From Podarcis muralis (taxonomy: Eukaryota): a stretch of 64,000 bases of DNA. The translations under genes were made by a program, and so were the position numbers. Shown piece by piece: positions 25,728-39,314 of the stretch (the stretch's first letter is position 1; each line of letters begins with the position of its first letter). The notes below the pieces were generated by a model. The model had not been told where the DNA came from and did not search any database. It worked only from the letters and a program-made list of their open reading frames with translations. The stretch lies in NCBI RefSeq assembly GCF_964188315.1, contig NC_135660.1:49228001-49292000 (forward strand). Reading direction: 5' to 3'.

Positions 25728-26798
25728 AAGTTGCTTGGGGCTACTGCCTGGAAGTGAGTAAGGAAAGGTCCACCAGGCAGCAGCCCCTATCAAGGGAAGG
25801 CTTAGGACAGGCTGGGCAGCCGTCCCAAGCAACTTCCAGGCAGCAGCCCCAGTGATGCATATGAGTCTCCTTCTCTCTCTCCTCCCTGTACACCCTCCCC
25901 ACTAAAGTCGTGTGCTCCTTATTTACATGATTTCACTTATGGTCACAGGGGTCCAGGATGTAACCACCATGTAAGATCTCCACATGAGTAAGGCCATGAA
26001 GGGGAGGTAGACATTAATCGGATTTGGGAGTGGGAGGAAGGAGGTTGGGGTAGGGTACTCAAAGACCAAGTGATTGAGGAATTGATGGGCAAGTTTTGTA
26101 AACATAGATGAATCTTATTCCTGGGAAGTACACATGTAGTAGAAGAGTATAAAATGTAAGAAATATGCCTGTAAACATTTCAGAGTTATGATTCCCTCTT
26201 TTCAAAGTTTGCATTCACAAGAAGGTTGGAAATTTACTATTATTTCTCCGAGGCTTTTTCTTATGATGTGAGAGCTTGACAGAACAAATCTGCTTTAATT
26301 CTCCCTATAATCTACTGACACCTTCCTGTGCAATCAAGCTGTTGAATTTTTCTTCTTACAAAATCACAGGAACGTATCCAGATTTGAAATGCACTTATAA
26401 TTGCAGTTAAGAAAACACAAATAAAGTTTTGCATACAGCAGGCCAAGCCAAATATAGCTCTTGAAACTTGGCAAAGAAGTATAATCCGCTTGCTCAGGTT
26501 ATAAATTTAAATTCCTTAACATTCATTTTATACTGTATTTTTCTAGTACATACACATCTGGGGCATTGGAATTTTTTTTTTTTTTAAAAAAAACCACACA
26601 CCAAACCAACCAAACACTGGTTTAAAGCATTAAATTGTACATAAGCCCTAGATCTGGTATGTTTTCAGTCTTATGGAATCTTAAGATTCCAGGGGGGCCA
26701 TGGACATTTTTTAAAATATTAACAGTAACAGTATTTATCTCTCCAGCTGACTGGATGTGGGCAGCCTGTTACAATCCAGGGCATTAGCTCTTAAAGTA

Positions 26799-27153
26799 CA
26801 GTGGTACCTCGCAAGACGAATGCCTCACAAGACAAAAAACTCGCTAGACGAAATTTTTGTTTTGTTTTTTGAGCTGCTTCGCAAGCCGATTTTCCCTATG
26901 GGCTTGCTTCGCAAGACGGAAATGTCTTGCAAGTTTGTTTCCTTTTTCTTAACACCGTTAATACAGTTCCGACTTGACTTCGAGGAGCAACTCATAGAAC
27001 GCGGTGTGGTAGCCTTTTTTGAGGTTTTTAAAGACTTTGGTGATTTTTGAAGCTTTTCCAAAACTTTTCCGACACCGTGCTTCGCAAGACGAAAAAATCG
27101 CAAGGCGACAAAACTCGTAGAACGAATTAATTTCGTCTTGCGAGGCACCACTG
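26799..27153. mobile_element. Tc1/mariner-pogo MITE, family C
   Basis: TA|cagtggtacctcgcaagacgaa ... ttcgtcttgcgaggcaccactg|TA; CpG-rich, with repeated cgcaagacg. Confidence 0.92.
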
Positions 27154-27299
27154 TAAAATCATAGGTTGTATCTGATTGTGACTTTAGATAATGGGATGTG
27201 TTTCTGCTCATGCTAGGTGGGACTCCCAGTTTCCACCAATACCCTCCATCTGTTTCAGCCCTCTGTTCCATGTCTCTTCTGCCTCTGAATCAGATTTTT

Positions 27300-27647
27300 G
27301 ATGATGATGATGATGATACTTTATTACTTATACCCCGCCCACCCGGCTGGGTTTCCCCAGCCACTCTGGGTGGCTTCCAACACAAGACTAAAAATACATT
27401 AAAACACTAGTCATTAAAAACTTCCCTAAACAGGGCTGCCTTCAGATGCCTTCTAAACATCAGATAGTTGTTTATTCCTTTGACGTCTGATAGGAGGGCA
27501 TTCCACAGGGCGGGTGCCACTACCGAGAAGGCCCTCTGCCTGGTTCCCTATAACTTTGCTTCTTGCAGTGAGGGAACCACCAGAAGGCCCTCGGCGCTGG
27601 ACCTCAGTGTCCAGGCTGAACGATGGGGGTGGGGATGCTCCTTCAGG
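27300..27647 (-). mobile_element. L2 LINE 3' fragment
   Basis: Same family as 35935-36348, 39133-39320 and 43227-43533 (ggtttccccagccactctggg; ccctaaacagggctgccttcagatg); (ATC)n tail on the minus strand. Confidence 0.85.
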
Positions 27648-27710
27648 ACATGAGTGGCTTCATTGGGTGGCAATTGAAAATTGTCACCCTTGTCTTTTGT
27701 GCTGTTACAG

Positions 27711-27809
27711 CTAAAGTGCAAAGCTTCTTTGAGTGACTCTTACAGTCTGAGAGAAAACTTGCTGTAGAGAAGGAGAAACCACACTCTGGAAGGCTCCTTC
27801 TCAGGGCAG
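27711..27809 (+). other. Candidate non-coding internal exon (99 nt)
   Basis: Acceptor ccttgtcttttgtgctgttacag|C, donor CAG|gtgaga; stop codons in all three frames. Confidence 0.35.
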
Positions 27810-30512
27810 GTGAGAGTTCATCATGCTTCTTCATGGGGCAGGAAATCCCTGCACTATTTGTATGCTGGGATTTTTCCACACCTGTAGTCTGAAGTGGTAC
27901 AGCCCTGATAAGAGGCTGACTTCCTCGTTGACACCTAGGTCCTTGGTTTCTTCTCCTCAGAAAGACAATACTCCTGGTATTTTTCTCATGCCTTGTCATG
28001 TCCAGCCTCAGCACTTAAAAATCCATTGCATGTTGTTTCTGCACCCTTAGAATCTTTTCTTCTTATCTTACTTTGCTGATATTGCCTCAGCTCAGGATGT
28101 TGAGATCTGTGGCTGTTTTTATGCTCTGATTTTGTCTACATTCCGACAGGTTTATTGCATTAATTTTGCTGGTTATAATGCTAGCACTTCTTGTCCTGAT
28201 TTGTCACGCTCCTTCTACTCTGTGTTACCTGTTGCTTAATGAAACTGTGACTCTTTCATCAGTTTACTGACCTGTCACGCTAAATTTGAAACAGCGGGAA
28301 AGAACTGTATGCCAGGATACCACCCCACATTTTGCCACGTGAAATTGCGACACAAAACTCATGCTTTTCCAAGTTTTTTTCTCGTATTTTTCCTGAGGCA
28401 ACAATTAACAAGGAAATAAGCACTAAACTTCTGTTAAGATTCCAGTACATTTTACTGGAGTCTGAGTTTTATTTGTAAAATTGTAAAAAAAAATAATAAT
28501 ACTGGGTTTTATTTTATTTTTTGTAAAATTGGAAGTGGTTTTGCAGATTTCTACAATTCTTACAGATACTCACATGCTTTGGTTGCATGTCATAGTAAAT
28601 CATAGTTTAAAGAAAACTATTGCTTAATGTGAACGAACAGTGAGTTGGTAAAGGCTGTTTAAAAGTTTCTTCCCCATTCCTGCTATGTAGCAGATGAAAC
28701 AAGAAAGAGCCTGGTTCTATTATCTGAACCCAGGCTCATTATTTTGCTTCTCTCCAAACAAACCATAAGGGGGTAGCCAATGTTTTTTCTTTGCTTACCG
28801 CTTATAGATTATTTGGAGAGAAACACTGTGAGCCCTGGTTTGGATGACACAACAATCCAGACTCTGGCCTTTTATTTTTATTTTTATTTTTGCATAAGAA
28901 TTCAGATTAAACTATAATTTCTTTAAACTGTGGTTTAATATTATATGCAAACTGGGCCATAGTTTGCTTCAGTAATTGGACAGTGCTTAATCATTTACTG
29001 CTATGTTTCAGGCTTCCATATGTGGTGTCACTGCCACAACCAAATGATCATCTTTTGGCGCTCAGTACCAACATGGGGGGCCGGGGAACAAAACACCACA
29101 AACTCATACATAATGAGTCATGGAAAACAAAGTTTCTATTTTAATTCTGAAATTATGTTTCAACAATTATGAAATAACACCAGAGACCAATTCGCTTTAA
29201 AACTTTGTTTTTTTCTGGCCTTTTCATAGCAAAATCATTATTTATCTACACAAAGTTGCTTTGTCTTGCAAGTTCATATTGGACAAACAAAGCAGCTAGG
29301 TGAAGTGAACTATTCTTGCACTGTGTGTGTGACTAAATTTTCACTCGTATATACATTTTAAGCCTGTAAAAAGAACCCAGCCTGTCCCTGGGATAAGTGT
29401 TCCTTGATTTACTGTTACGTTTCCCCCCTCCCCATGGCTGAACCTCCATTCTTACTCACAATCAAAATCTAGTGCCTAAATAAAGTACTGGAATATAATT
29501 TATGGCCATTTTTTTTAATCCCCAATACTTTACAATTTCAGTTCTGAATTAGCCTTCTATTTTCATCATTATTTTGGGATAAGTGAAAGTTTGAAAAGTT
29601 ATCAACCAAACTATAGAACAGGTTTTGTTTGTTTTTTTTTTTAAACCCTTTAAAAAGTGGAGGGAGGCAGACTAGCCACAGCTACCCACATGATCAGATA
29701 TAGATTTCTCAAGTAGTAATCTAGGATTTGTGTGGTTATGGGTGTGGTTTTCTTCCACCCAGAGAGAGCAGTTTCATTCTCTGCTCTCCCGCCCTGTCCT
29801 GCACGTACACAGTAAGTAAGTCTCTCTCATCACCTTGCATTAAGGGTGGTAGATCAGTAGTGTAAACATTGCTAAGTAAGTAAACACGGTAGAAAATGCA
29901 TCATTCACTTCCTTTTGTTTAGTTATCAATAGATATTTGAAAGCAAACCACCCTAAGTAATTGTATTTGGGTCATTAAACATGGTTTAATAATGACAATA
30001 ATAGGGTGTGTACTCAGGGAAAAGGCAAAGCCATGCACCTATAATTGCTCTAAGAGCAAGGTTATTACTGATAACAAAACAGCTTGTCCTGTCTCATTGG
30101 GATTAGTGGAGGGAGGGCAGATTAATGGACAACTTCTTCACATGTTTCAACCAAATGCTTCAGTTCCCCATTTGACTCTTGGCAGCTCTTGAGATTAGAA
30201 ATGAACCATTCATACCTGTATTTGCTGTGGGTTTCATCCCTTTGTATCATACTGGATAAAAATCTAACTTCTTGGGGCCTTTGCTGAATCTCCTGTAATT
30301 GTCCTCTATGTGTCCAGTTTTTGTGGGGACTCAAACTACAAGGGCATCTGTTTCAGTAAAATCAGGTTTTCTCCACACTTAAAAGAGTAATAATTCGTTA
30401 GAAAAATGTGATCTGACCCACCCAACCCTGATACTACTCTGTTGCCTTTTGGGTACCATTTTTTTTTATATTACCATTTTAGCAACATTTTAACAAGCTT
30501 TTAAAGCTATAA

Positions 30513-30672
30513 GGTTGTGTGCACACCATACAGTTACAGCACATCACTTGCTCAAAAGAGTTGTGGGAGCTCTTCTTTGTGAAGGGTACTGGGAATTGTA
30601 GCTCTGTGAGGGGTCAATTACAGTTCCCAGCATTCTTTGGGGGAACGTCATGTGCTTTAAATGTATGCAGCC
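30513..30672. mobile_element. Palindromic non-autonomous DNA element (family unassigned)
   Basis: Degenerate terminal arms (accatacagttacagcacatcac / gtcatgtgctttaaatgtatg) and internal ctgggaattgtag / ttacagttcccag arms. Confidence 0.5.
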
Positions 30673-30795
30673 ATAGTATTGATTCCTGCTGTACTATTCC
30701 TCCACTATTGCTGTAAGAGTCCTATATAAAATCTTGGTGGACATCAAAGTACTCTGTCCCTTAAAGCAGTACCCAATGTTCACCTTTCTTTAGTG

Positions 30796-30906
30796 CAGTG
30801 GTGGGGAACCTATGAACCTCCAGGTGTTGTTGGATGCCAAATCCCATTAGCCCCAACCAGCACGGCCAATGATCAGTGGTGATGGGGTCACAGATTCCTG
30901 GCCCTG
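30796..30906. mobile_element. Internally deleted hAT hairpin MITE
   Basis: cagtggtggggaacct ... agattcctggccctg, with ccaggtgttgttggat core. Confidence 0.6.
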
Positions 30907-33900
30907 CTTTATGCTGTGCACTCCTCTGCTGAATCAAACTCTACTTTACTGTAACCTAATGGGGCAGCTACACAGTTTGATGTTTGCGTACCTTTATCTA
31001 AAAGTTGACTGATCTTTAAATACATTTTTTACTTACCTGTGAGGTTATCAAGCACTCATTAAAGGGAGCCTTTGACTGCTCAGTCATCATAGGTGAATAA
31101 CAACTTTGCCCATTTTATCATAGCTAATTTTGCTACTGATTAATTATGTAAGTGGTATAAGTTCTTTATAATCCATGATTCAGGATAGATCAGAAACTGT
31201 AAATGAATTAGTGGGTCCAGTCCTAATCCTTTGTACTCTTCTACCCTCTCTGAGAAAGTAGCATTCTGAAAGCAATGTATGGAAGATCAAGTGTTGTGGA
31301 CTTAATATGGACGCAATCTGTCATTGTGGTCCGGCACATTCCTGATCATTTTAACAAGTGTGTTAGCAGGAAAACTTCTCAGTTATTTGTTCCCAGTGTT
31401 AACTTATTTGTAATTGTATGCATGTGGGTGTCCCTCCCTGTAATTATTAGAATGTATTCATTTGTTTGTTTGTTTGCCTGTGTTTGGAAAGGGACTTTCT
31501 GACATATTTATTGATGGCACGGATTAAGCTGAGGTCTGGACTCACTTGAATGTGAAAATTTCAGCCAGTTGTTCTGGTACGCATGAAAAGCTTTCATTAC
31601 ACTGGAGGGATTTATTTAATTTTTTACAGTGGAAATAGATACCACTGATATCATCCAGATTACTATTTATGACAGGTAGGGACATAATTCCCATGTGAAT
31701 TGTTGCATTTTGTCTTTGTTTTCTAATTTTGGTAAATTAGTTTGGTTAGTTAATAAATTGGTTTGGGAATTTAGCTTGAAAGACAAAAATCAGAGATTAT
31801 TGTGCATCCAAAATTGTTTTTAGCAGAATTTGACTGATAAAACGAATGTCAATATTTGGTTTAGTTTTAATACAGTTTCTTTTTTGACTGTTTTTTATTC
31901 AGTGTATAGTGATATATCCTGGTTAACTTTTATAGGCCAACACCAAAGCAACATGTGCTAATCCTACGGCTCAAACTACTGAAATAGCCATTAAACACTG
32001 TCTTTGTCCCCTAACTAGGTAGAAATTTGTGATTAAAATAATACTCCGTGGGACTCCTGTTTCTGATAGTTCAAAATTACTTGAGAATCTAAAGAGAGGT
32101 ACATAGTTTTAGGTTCTGTTTTCTTCATTCCTAATAAACTAAGAAAAGTTGCTTAGCTGGGAATTTTATGGGGGGGAGAGCAGTCTTACATTTCTGATGG
32201 GGTCCACTCAGTGTTTCTGCAAATACACCCTACTGAATCCTTTCCTTGGTTTGGCTTTCCTACTACATACAGGAGAAACCCCTTTTCATCTTGCATTTAG
32301 GTAATGAGGAAAAGGAGACCTGAATAAGGAGTAGCCGTGAGTGGGAAATAGCTGCTTTAGAGCTCCACCTTCCAACAGTTTTCCCCTGTCAGCTTTTCAC
32401 TGCACTGCCTCCGGCCCAAGGCTCTGCACCAAGCCTTTGCCTCTTAAGAAAACAACATTGGCAGGGAGATAATGTTAGGTTTAACATGATCTACAGAATT
32501 GGGGTCAAGGGTGATCACAAAGGCCTTCAATCAGTAGGCATTTGTTTTAGTGTGTCATCAGTACCAGCAGTTTTCAGATCAGGGTTACATTTACAACAAA
32601 CTAAAGTGACAGGTAAGAAGCCTGCTTTTAACAGCACACGGAAAAAGTGTAGTTTGGAAACTGCCAGGGGAAAATAAATTGAAGACCATGTCACTATTCA
32701 CTGAAAGAAAAGAAGGTTTAGTAGTGGTACTGCTGCTGCTGCTGTTATTAGTAGTAGTAGTAGTAGTGTTGGCCTTATATTTATGTTATTTATAACTTTT
32801 CTCCTAGGTTCAGTCCCTAGTATTTCTTGATGAAATGGGAAGAGACTCCTGGCGAAAATTCTGGAGAGCCACTGCCAGCGGTCTTGTTCCCATGCCATGT
32901 TAAACTGACATTCATTAGTTTTTTCCCACCTAAGTCTGCACCATGGAAAGTTTGGGTCCTTATGATGCATAAATAGTATCTCCCACAGATTTTTTTAAAA
33001 AACGAAGTAATGTTAGCCTTGTAGGAATACTGTTAGCATCCATATCTTGAAAGTAGACCACCTTTAGGGGACTGTGGCCAGTGACACAGACTTGCAGCAC
33101 TTGAATGGCCATTGCAAATTTCAGCCTGTGCAAGCTTTGCACAAAAAATTAATTGCAGGCCTACACATGTGAATTTTGTGTGATCTAAATATTGTCTTCT
33201 AATGAGTTGATAACTCGTCCTTCTAAGCAACTGAACAAGTTGGAGGCACTGACATATGAATTAAGATTCCATTTTTCCTTCACCGTGGTCAAATTTCATG
33301 TCTGTTTTCATATCTATGACAGCGGGTCAATAAACACTTGCCTTTATTTTTAGGGGCTTAGCAATAACGTGTATGCAAGCAAAGCCAAAGAAATTGGGTT
33401 GAAAATGCAGTGGCTTGAATGTTGTTTGGACCCAGAGATCTTGCAAAGGGGAAGGGGAGGCAGGTTTTCAAGTTACTGAATTCCAAAAGCAGTACCGTGT
33501 GCCCAGGCAGCTGAGGATTGCAAATGGTCCTGACTGCTACCATTGCTATAGTACCTTCTGGTCTGAGCTGATCTTTTTTCCACATTCGTCTTCCTGTGCA
33601 AAAGAACCTCTGAACAAATGTGTTTTAACCACAGGTGGGATCATTTGGCCGCTTTCTCCTGTGCATATTCCAGTGCTGTTTGTTGAGCTATTCATGCTAG
33701 TAATAACAAAAGAGAGGTGGAATCACATCAGGTGCAAGCAACATCCAAAAGTTTGAGAGCACCGATGTGTGAAATGTTATAACTAATAACTTCCTTTCAA
33801 TATTATCACATTAGAGACTGGTAAATTGACAATGTCAAGAGTGCAAGGAGTTCCTTAGAACTAATGATGCATTTAGCAAAACACTGGGCCACCTCACATC

Positions 33901-34934
33901 ATGAAGAATTCATTGTAGGAACACAGAGGCCATGACCACACACCATGTTTCCATAGGGATGACTCAGTGTGCATAGTTTACCCACTGAGGAAAAGCACTC
34001 AGTATACGCTCAGAAGCAATCTCTTATTATCTCCTTTTTCAGGATAGCCCTGGCCATGAAAACAGCTTCCTTGCTGAGCTTAAGCCTTGGGAAGGTTATT
34101 GAGTATAATGTGACTTTTCAGGGATGGATGGGAAAGAATGATCTTAATAATAAGTAGTAGATGTTTGTATCAGTCTCACTTTTGGTGCCTTTAAACTCTA
34201 AAACCAAGGCTGCAGTTTTAACCCTGCTTACCCAGGTGAAAGTCCCATTTAATGCAATAGGGCTTACTTCTGAGCTGACATGTTTAGAATTCCACTGTAA
34301 ATGTATAGAAGAGGAAGTGGGCATTAATTACATCCCCTAAATTTCTCTCTTCCCCCTCTCTCCCTCATGCTTTTTGGGTAGTGTCATCAAAGGGCAGCTT
34401 TTGCATTTATAACTCCAGCGCAGCCTTGGCACGCTGCATTCTGTGGCAGTCAAAATGTTCACGTGTGGCCCTCTGCACAGCAGTTGTTCCAAACAGAAAC
34501 AGCCAAACATTCTGTGACCTGCTTCCGCTTGCTCCTGTTGTTAGTCCTTATGAACAGAGGGAGAAGGAGACAGGAGTTTGGCTTAAGCACAAAGCAAAAA
34601 TGATGGTCTGGGCTGTGTTCCCCCCCACCCTTCCTTTCTCTCTTTTATGCCAAGGGAAGAATGTGGAATGAAAGCTGCAGCAGGGCCAGGCAAGCAAACA
34701 GCCAGCAGGTGATGAGCCATTTGAGAATAGCAGCAGGTCCCTAGACAATTTAAGAGGCTAAGAGCCTCTGAATGCCAAAATGTTGTGGCTTAAGTAGCTG
34801 GGGAGGCGGGGTGGGGGGGAGAGAGAAAGAGAGAGAACAGCCATACCCTTTGGTAAGGACTAGATGGCGCAAGCATGTCTCAGTTTAGACTGCTTATTTA
34901 GAAAAGAGAGTTGTGTATTATTACTTTGTTATTA

Positions 34935-35176
34935 CAGTGGTACCTTGGGTTAAGAACTTAATTTGTTCTGGAGGTCCGTTCTTAACCTGAAACTGTTCTT
35001 AACCTGAAGCACCACTTTAGCTAATGGGGCCTCCTGCTGCCGCCGCACCGCCAGAACATGTTTTCTGTTCTCATCCTGAAGCAAAGTTCTTAACCTGAAG
35101 CACTATTTCTGGATTAGCGGAGTCTGTAACCTGAAGCATATGTAACCTGAAGCGTATGTAACCCAAGGTACCATTG
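34935..35176. mobile_element. Tc1/mariner-pogo MITE, family A
   Basis: TA|cagtggtaccttgggtta ... taacccaaggtaccattg|TA; sister copy of 11617-11830 with one extra tgtaacctgaag unit. Confidence 0.9.
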
Positions 35177-35385
35177 TATTGCCAAAAAGAAGCAGAAGAC
35201 ATGACAACTATGTTGAGTGTTTGGCAAATGGTGCAATGAGCCCAACATTCTGCTTCCAACAATTACCACAGGATGGTACTATGATATTGCTTCCTTCTGA
35301 CGGTCCCACAATTCAACCAAGCTTTAGGTACGATACCTGGACATTTTATTTGATAGCCACTGGTATTCCAATCTTTAATCTAATC

Positions 35386-35549
35386 TAGAGCTTTCCAAAC
35401 TGTGTGTCACGACACGTTAGTGTGCTGTGTGAATGCTCTTATAAGGGGTTAGTTTAACCTCTGGTTTGCTAGTAAAACTGAAATACTGTGTTGCAAATGA
35501 CGTGTGTCTAAAAAGTGGGTCACCAACTTTAAAAGTTTGGAAAGCTCTG
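35386..35549. mobile_element. hAT MITE
   Basis: TIR tagagctttccaaact / agtttggaaagctctg; perfect 8-bp TSD atctaatc. Confidence 0.9.
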
Positions 35550-35729
35550 ATCTAATCCTTTACCTAACCCGGTTATACTATAGACCACCACCAGAGCCCA
35601 TGTATATCAAAGTGTTCCACAAACTGCATCCTGCTTTAAAATATGATGGCCATTTTAACTGGTTGATTGAGGTGAACAACATTGATTTATGTTTTAGACT
35701 TCCTGTGCTTTCTTATTAACACTGTAGAT

Positions 35730-35852
35730 CAGTGTTTTTCACTCTTGGGTCCCCAGATGTTGTTGAACAACAACTCCCATCATCCCTCACCATTGGGTAA
35801 GCTGGCAGAGGATGAGTTCTAAAAAGTTTAGGGATGCAAGGTTGAAGAATAC

Positions 35853-35854
<2 letters not shown>
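35730..35854. mobile_element. hAT hairpin MITE
   Basis: cagtgtttttcac ... gttgaagaatactg with caactcccatcatccc core. Confidence 0.7.
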
Positions 35855-35856
<2 letters not shown>

Positions 35857-35904
<48 letters not shown>

Positions 35905-35923
35905 TGTGTGTGTATATATATAT
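35857..35923. repeat. Compound (CT)n(GT)n(AT)n microsatellite
   Basis: Direct reading. Confidence 0.95.
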
Positions 35924-35934
35924 TCCTAAAAGAT

Positions 35935-36348
35935 CTACATTGGCTCCCAGTACGTTTTTGAGCACAAGTCAAAGTGTTGGTGTTGACCTTTAGGACTTTA
36001 AGCAGCTTTGGTCCTGCAAATCTGAAGGAGCAGCTCCACCCTCATAGTTCAGTTGGGCATAGAGATCTAGCTCCAGGGGCTTTCTGGTGGTTCCCTCTTT
36101 GTGAGAAGCGAAGTTACAGTAAACCAGGCAGAGGGCCTTCTTTGTAATGGTGCCCTCCCATCAGATATCAAAGAGATAAACAATGGTAAAGGTTGTCTGA
36201 AAGCATTCCTGTATCGAGAAGCTTTTAATGCCTGATTTATCATGTATTCTTTTGTTGGAAGCTGCCCAGGGCGACTGGGGCAACCCAGTCAGATGGATGG
36301 GGTACAGGTAATAAATGAGGATTATGATGATTATCATCATCGTCATCA
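35935..36348 (+). mobile_element. L2 LINE 3' fragment
   Basis: Starts in a region resembling L2 ORF2 LHWLPV..KVLVLTF; ends in ggaagctgcccaggg...gatggggtac and an ATG/ATC-rich tail. Confidence 0.8.
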
Positions 36349-37032
36349 TATGTTACATAGATGCTCTATGAATTCTTTATTATCATAATTGCATCAATCT
36401 ATCTGTTATCTATATCTGCATAATGTCTGCCTTATATCGTGATTTTAGGCCCTGAAATCTACGGGACTAGGGTGGTATACAAATTTAGTAAATAATAATA
36501 AATAATAATGTTACATTGTTTTTAAGTATCCACAAATGTTTGTGAACACATGCATTTCTGCCTATGTGTGGACATCTCTGCTCCCCTCGCCCCCACCTCA
36601 GAATTTCTGTTGCTTTATTGGACTCTGCTAGTGATAATCTGAAGAGTTAAGCAAATGGTTTTACAGGAGGTTTGGGGGCACTAGCTTTGGGAAAGGCGCT
36701 GCTTCTTGCAAAGAAACCAGCGGAGACACCAGATTGTCTGTGCAGATGTGTGTGCAGTACAGTGACTGACTGGAGCTCAGATTATCAGCATACAGTGCAT
36801 ACCCTGTGGGACTTGGGCCTGTTTTGGAAGCTCCAGCTGACATAGAATACAGCGGCAAGAACGCTGGTGGGGGCAGATGGCAGGCTGCATGTGACACCTC
36901 TGATGAAGCATCTGTGCTGGCTGCTGTATGTACTAATGTGTCAGGTTCAAGATTTTTGAGTTGATATACAAAACCCTGAAAAGTTTTGGTCCTGGATACC
37001 TGTGGGGCTGCCTGAGCCCATATAGTTAAGCC

Positions 37033-37168
37033 CGGGTTTCCTCAACCTCAGCCCTCCAGATGTTTTGAGACGACAATTCCCATCATCCCTGACCACTGGT
37101 CCTGCTAGCTAGGGATCATGGGAGCTGTAGACCAAAAACATCTGGAGGGCCGAGTTTGAGTAAGCCTG
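37033..37168. mobile_element. hAT hairpin MITE
   Basis: Same family as 5199-5334; TSD gttaagcc / gtcaagcc (7/8). Confidence 0.88.
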
Positions 37169-39132
37169 GTCAAGCCCAATCACTGAGTGCATCTGGAGAA
37201 GCATTGTTCATTGTCTTCCATGTTACAGAGATCCACTACCTAGAAGCCAAGTGTTTAGTTTTGCTGGTGTCATTCTGTGGAAGATTCTTCCAACAGAGAT
37301 TTGCCAGGCATCCTTGCTTTTTACATTCATGTGTCCCTTGAATTTATTTATTTTTATGCCACTACACCTATGTAGTTGTCTAAAACATCCCTTGAGTAGT
37401 CATTCATTTTAATGCACTGTTGCTTTGTAAAGCTGTTAAATGTTTTTATGTTGTACATTGCCTTTATGTTTAGAGAGAGGGTAGTATATAAATACTTTTA
37501 TAAATATTAATAAATAAATTCGCTACTTTCCTGGGTACTCTACTCAGTAGTGAGAGTTTGAAGGCCAGCTATAGAGAGAAATGCTCCCTGTGTGGTATTT
37601 CATTAAGTTTATTCTTAACGTGATTCCTATCTTGTATGTAATGAATCAAAATCCAAGAAGTAGTGTCTTTCCCAAAGCTGCAAAGTGACCCCAAGGAGTA
37701 GTTGATACTTGCACCCATCTCTTTACATAGTTCTATCTACATCGTTTTAAAGAATCTGAATGCTGGAAAATGTCCAGGATAGGTAGTAAAAGTACTAACG
37801 AGAGGCTAATGGGTCTAGTGAGGAGCAAGGCATATTCTGCAGTGCATGTGGTCAACATTATTGCAGGAAGTTTTAAAGTTACCTACCCAAATTCTTTGAC
37901 AGCAGCTGAATTCTATGAAAAGAGCCATCATTTCAGAATTGTAGGGCTCTGGGAGAATGCAGCTGATGTTCAATTTGTTCATGCACCACAGTTTGTAAGA
38001 TGTACTTTTCAGAGCAATAGAATAGCATTTACCCTTATCTGGTTGCCATCAGAAACTTGCCATTCTCTCTCCCCCGCCCCACGAGCTCTTGCATAAATGA
38101 GGGGGGAGGGATAGGGTTTGGTGACAGATTGCATGTTAAGCACTGGAAGATGAAAGTGCCAAATATTTACTTTGGAAAGCTAAAGTGAAAGATTCTCTCA
38201 TCCTTCTAACTCAAACTGAATAAGCTAGAATTCCATTAACAAAAATGACTCTCTACTTAAACTTATTGGCACCCCCTGGGCATCATTAAGATCCCTTTTT
38301 TCCATTTTACAGAAGAAAGGAGGGGTAGCAAAGAGCTAATTCAGGGCAGGGTAGCTCATGTTTTAATTCATCATAATATTCTGGAGTGAGGGTCCTTTGT
38401 AGAATAGTTGTCAAGCTCCATAGTTAAATGTGACTATTACACAAGTGTTATCTTAATTTTTCAGGAATATTGTCCGCATAGACCTGCGTTTACTCACCTG
38501 TGAAAGATAGAGATTGTTCATATGGTATTTCAAACTGCTATTTAGAATCTTATTTTATTTATATTAAAAAACTGTGAAATAATAACACGAATTGCTGAAC
38601 GCTTGATATTTTGGTAAACAAGTAAGACAGCTTAAAAAGTAATAGCATCCATATGGAATGACTGTCTATCGAGTTTAATCCCAAAGAGCTATTAATATAG
38701 GGTGGCCAACGGTGGCAGCTGCTAGTGCACTTGGGTTGAGCCCCACTTACTTGTTTGCAAACACCAGTTGTGTTCCTATTCTGATTCTTGGGATCCTTCT
38801 CATGGTCACCATGAGTGGGACAACAGGACTGTCACTGCTGGATACCAGAAATGACTATCACAGCTCCATGAAGGACTTCCAGCAAGGCGTGATGTATGAA
38901 TGGAATGGATTGGTGTGTGCAGTCAATAGTTTGATGCTATCTGAAATTACTTTAACAGGTTTTAGAATTCATTTTTGCATCGTAACTCTTCACCTTATAG
39001 TGAAGGCATGGAATATGCTGCTCCTGCTAATAATAATAATAATAATAATAATCAGATCTTGTGACTGCTTCTCATGCTGCTTTTTAAACCATATGCCCAT
39101 CAGATGTCAAGGAAATAAGCAGCTATCTTATT

Positions 39133-39260
39133 TTTAAAAGACATCTGAAGGCAGCCCTGTTTAGGGACGTTTTTAATATTTAATGCCATATTGTTTTTAA
39201 CATTCGATTGGGAGCTGCCCAGAGTGGCTGGGGAAACTCAGCCAGATGGGCGGGGTGTAA

Positions 39261-39314
<54 letters not shown>

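Noticed and set aside
26757-27271. Overlapping 97-aa and 148-aa ORFs
   Set aside because: Lie mostly within a 355-bp non-autonomous MITE; no transposase motifs.
31627-31647. cagtgg...ccactg mini inverted repeat resembling a collapsed MITE
   Set aside because: Only 6-bp arms and the right-hand TA is missing; expected by chance.
38712-39137. ORF containing MYEWNGL, reminiscent of the ELAVL4 N-terminus MEWNGLKM
   Set aside because: Only a 5-residue coincidence, no donor follows, and the ORF continues into a (TAA)n repeat.
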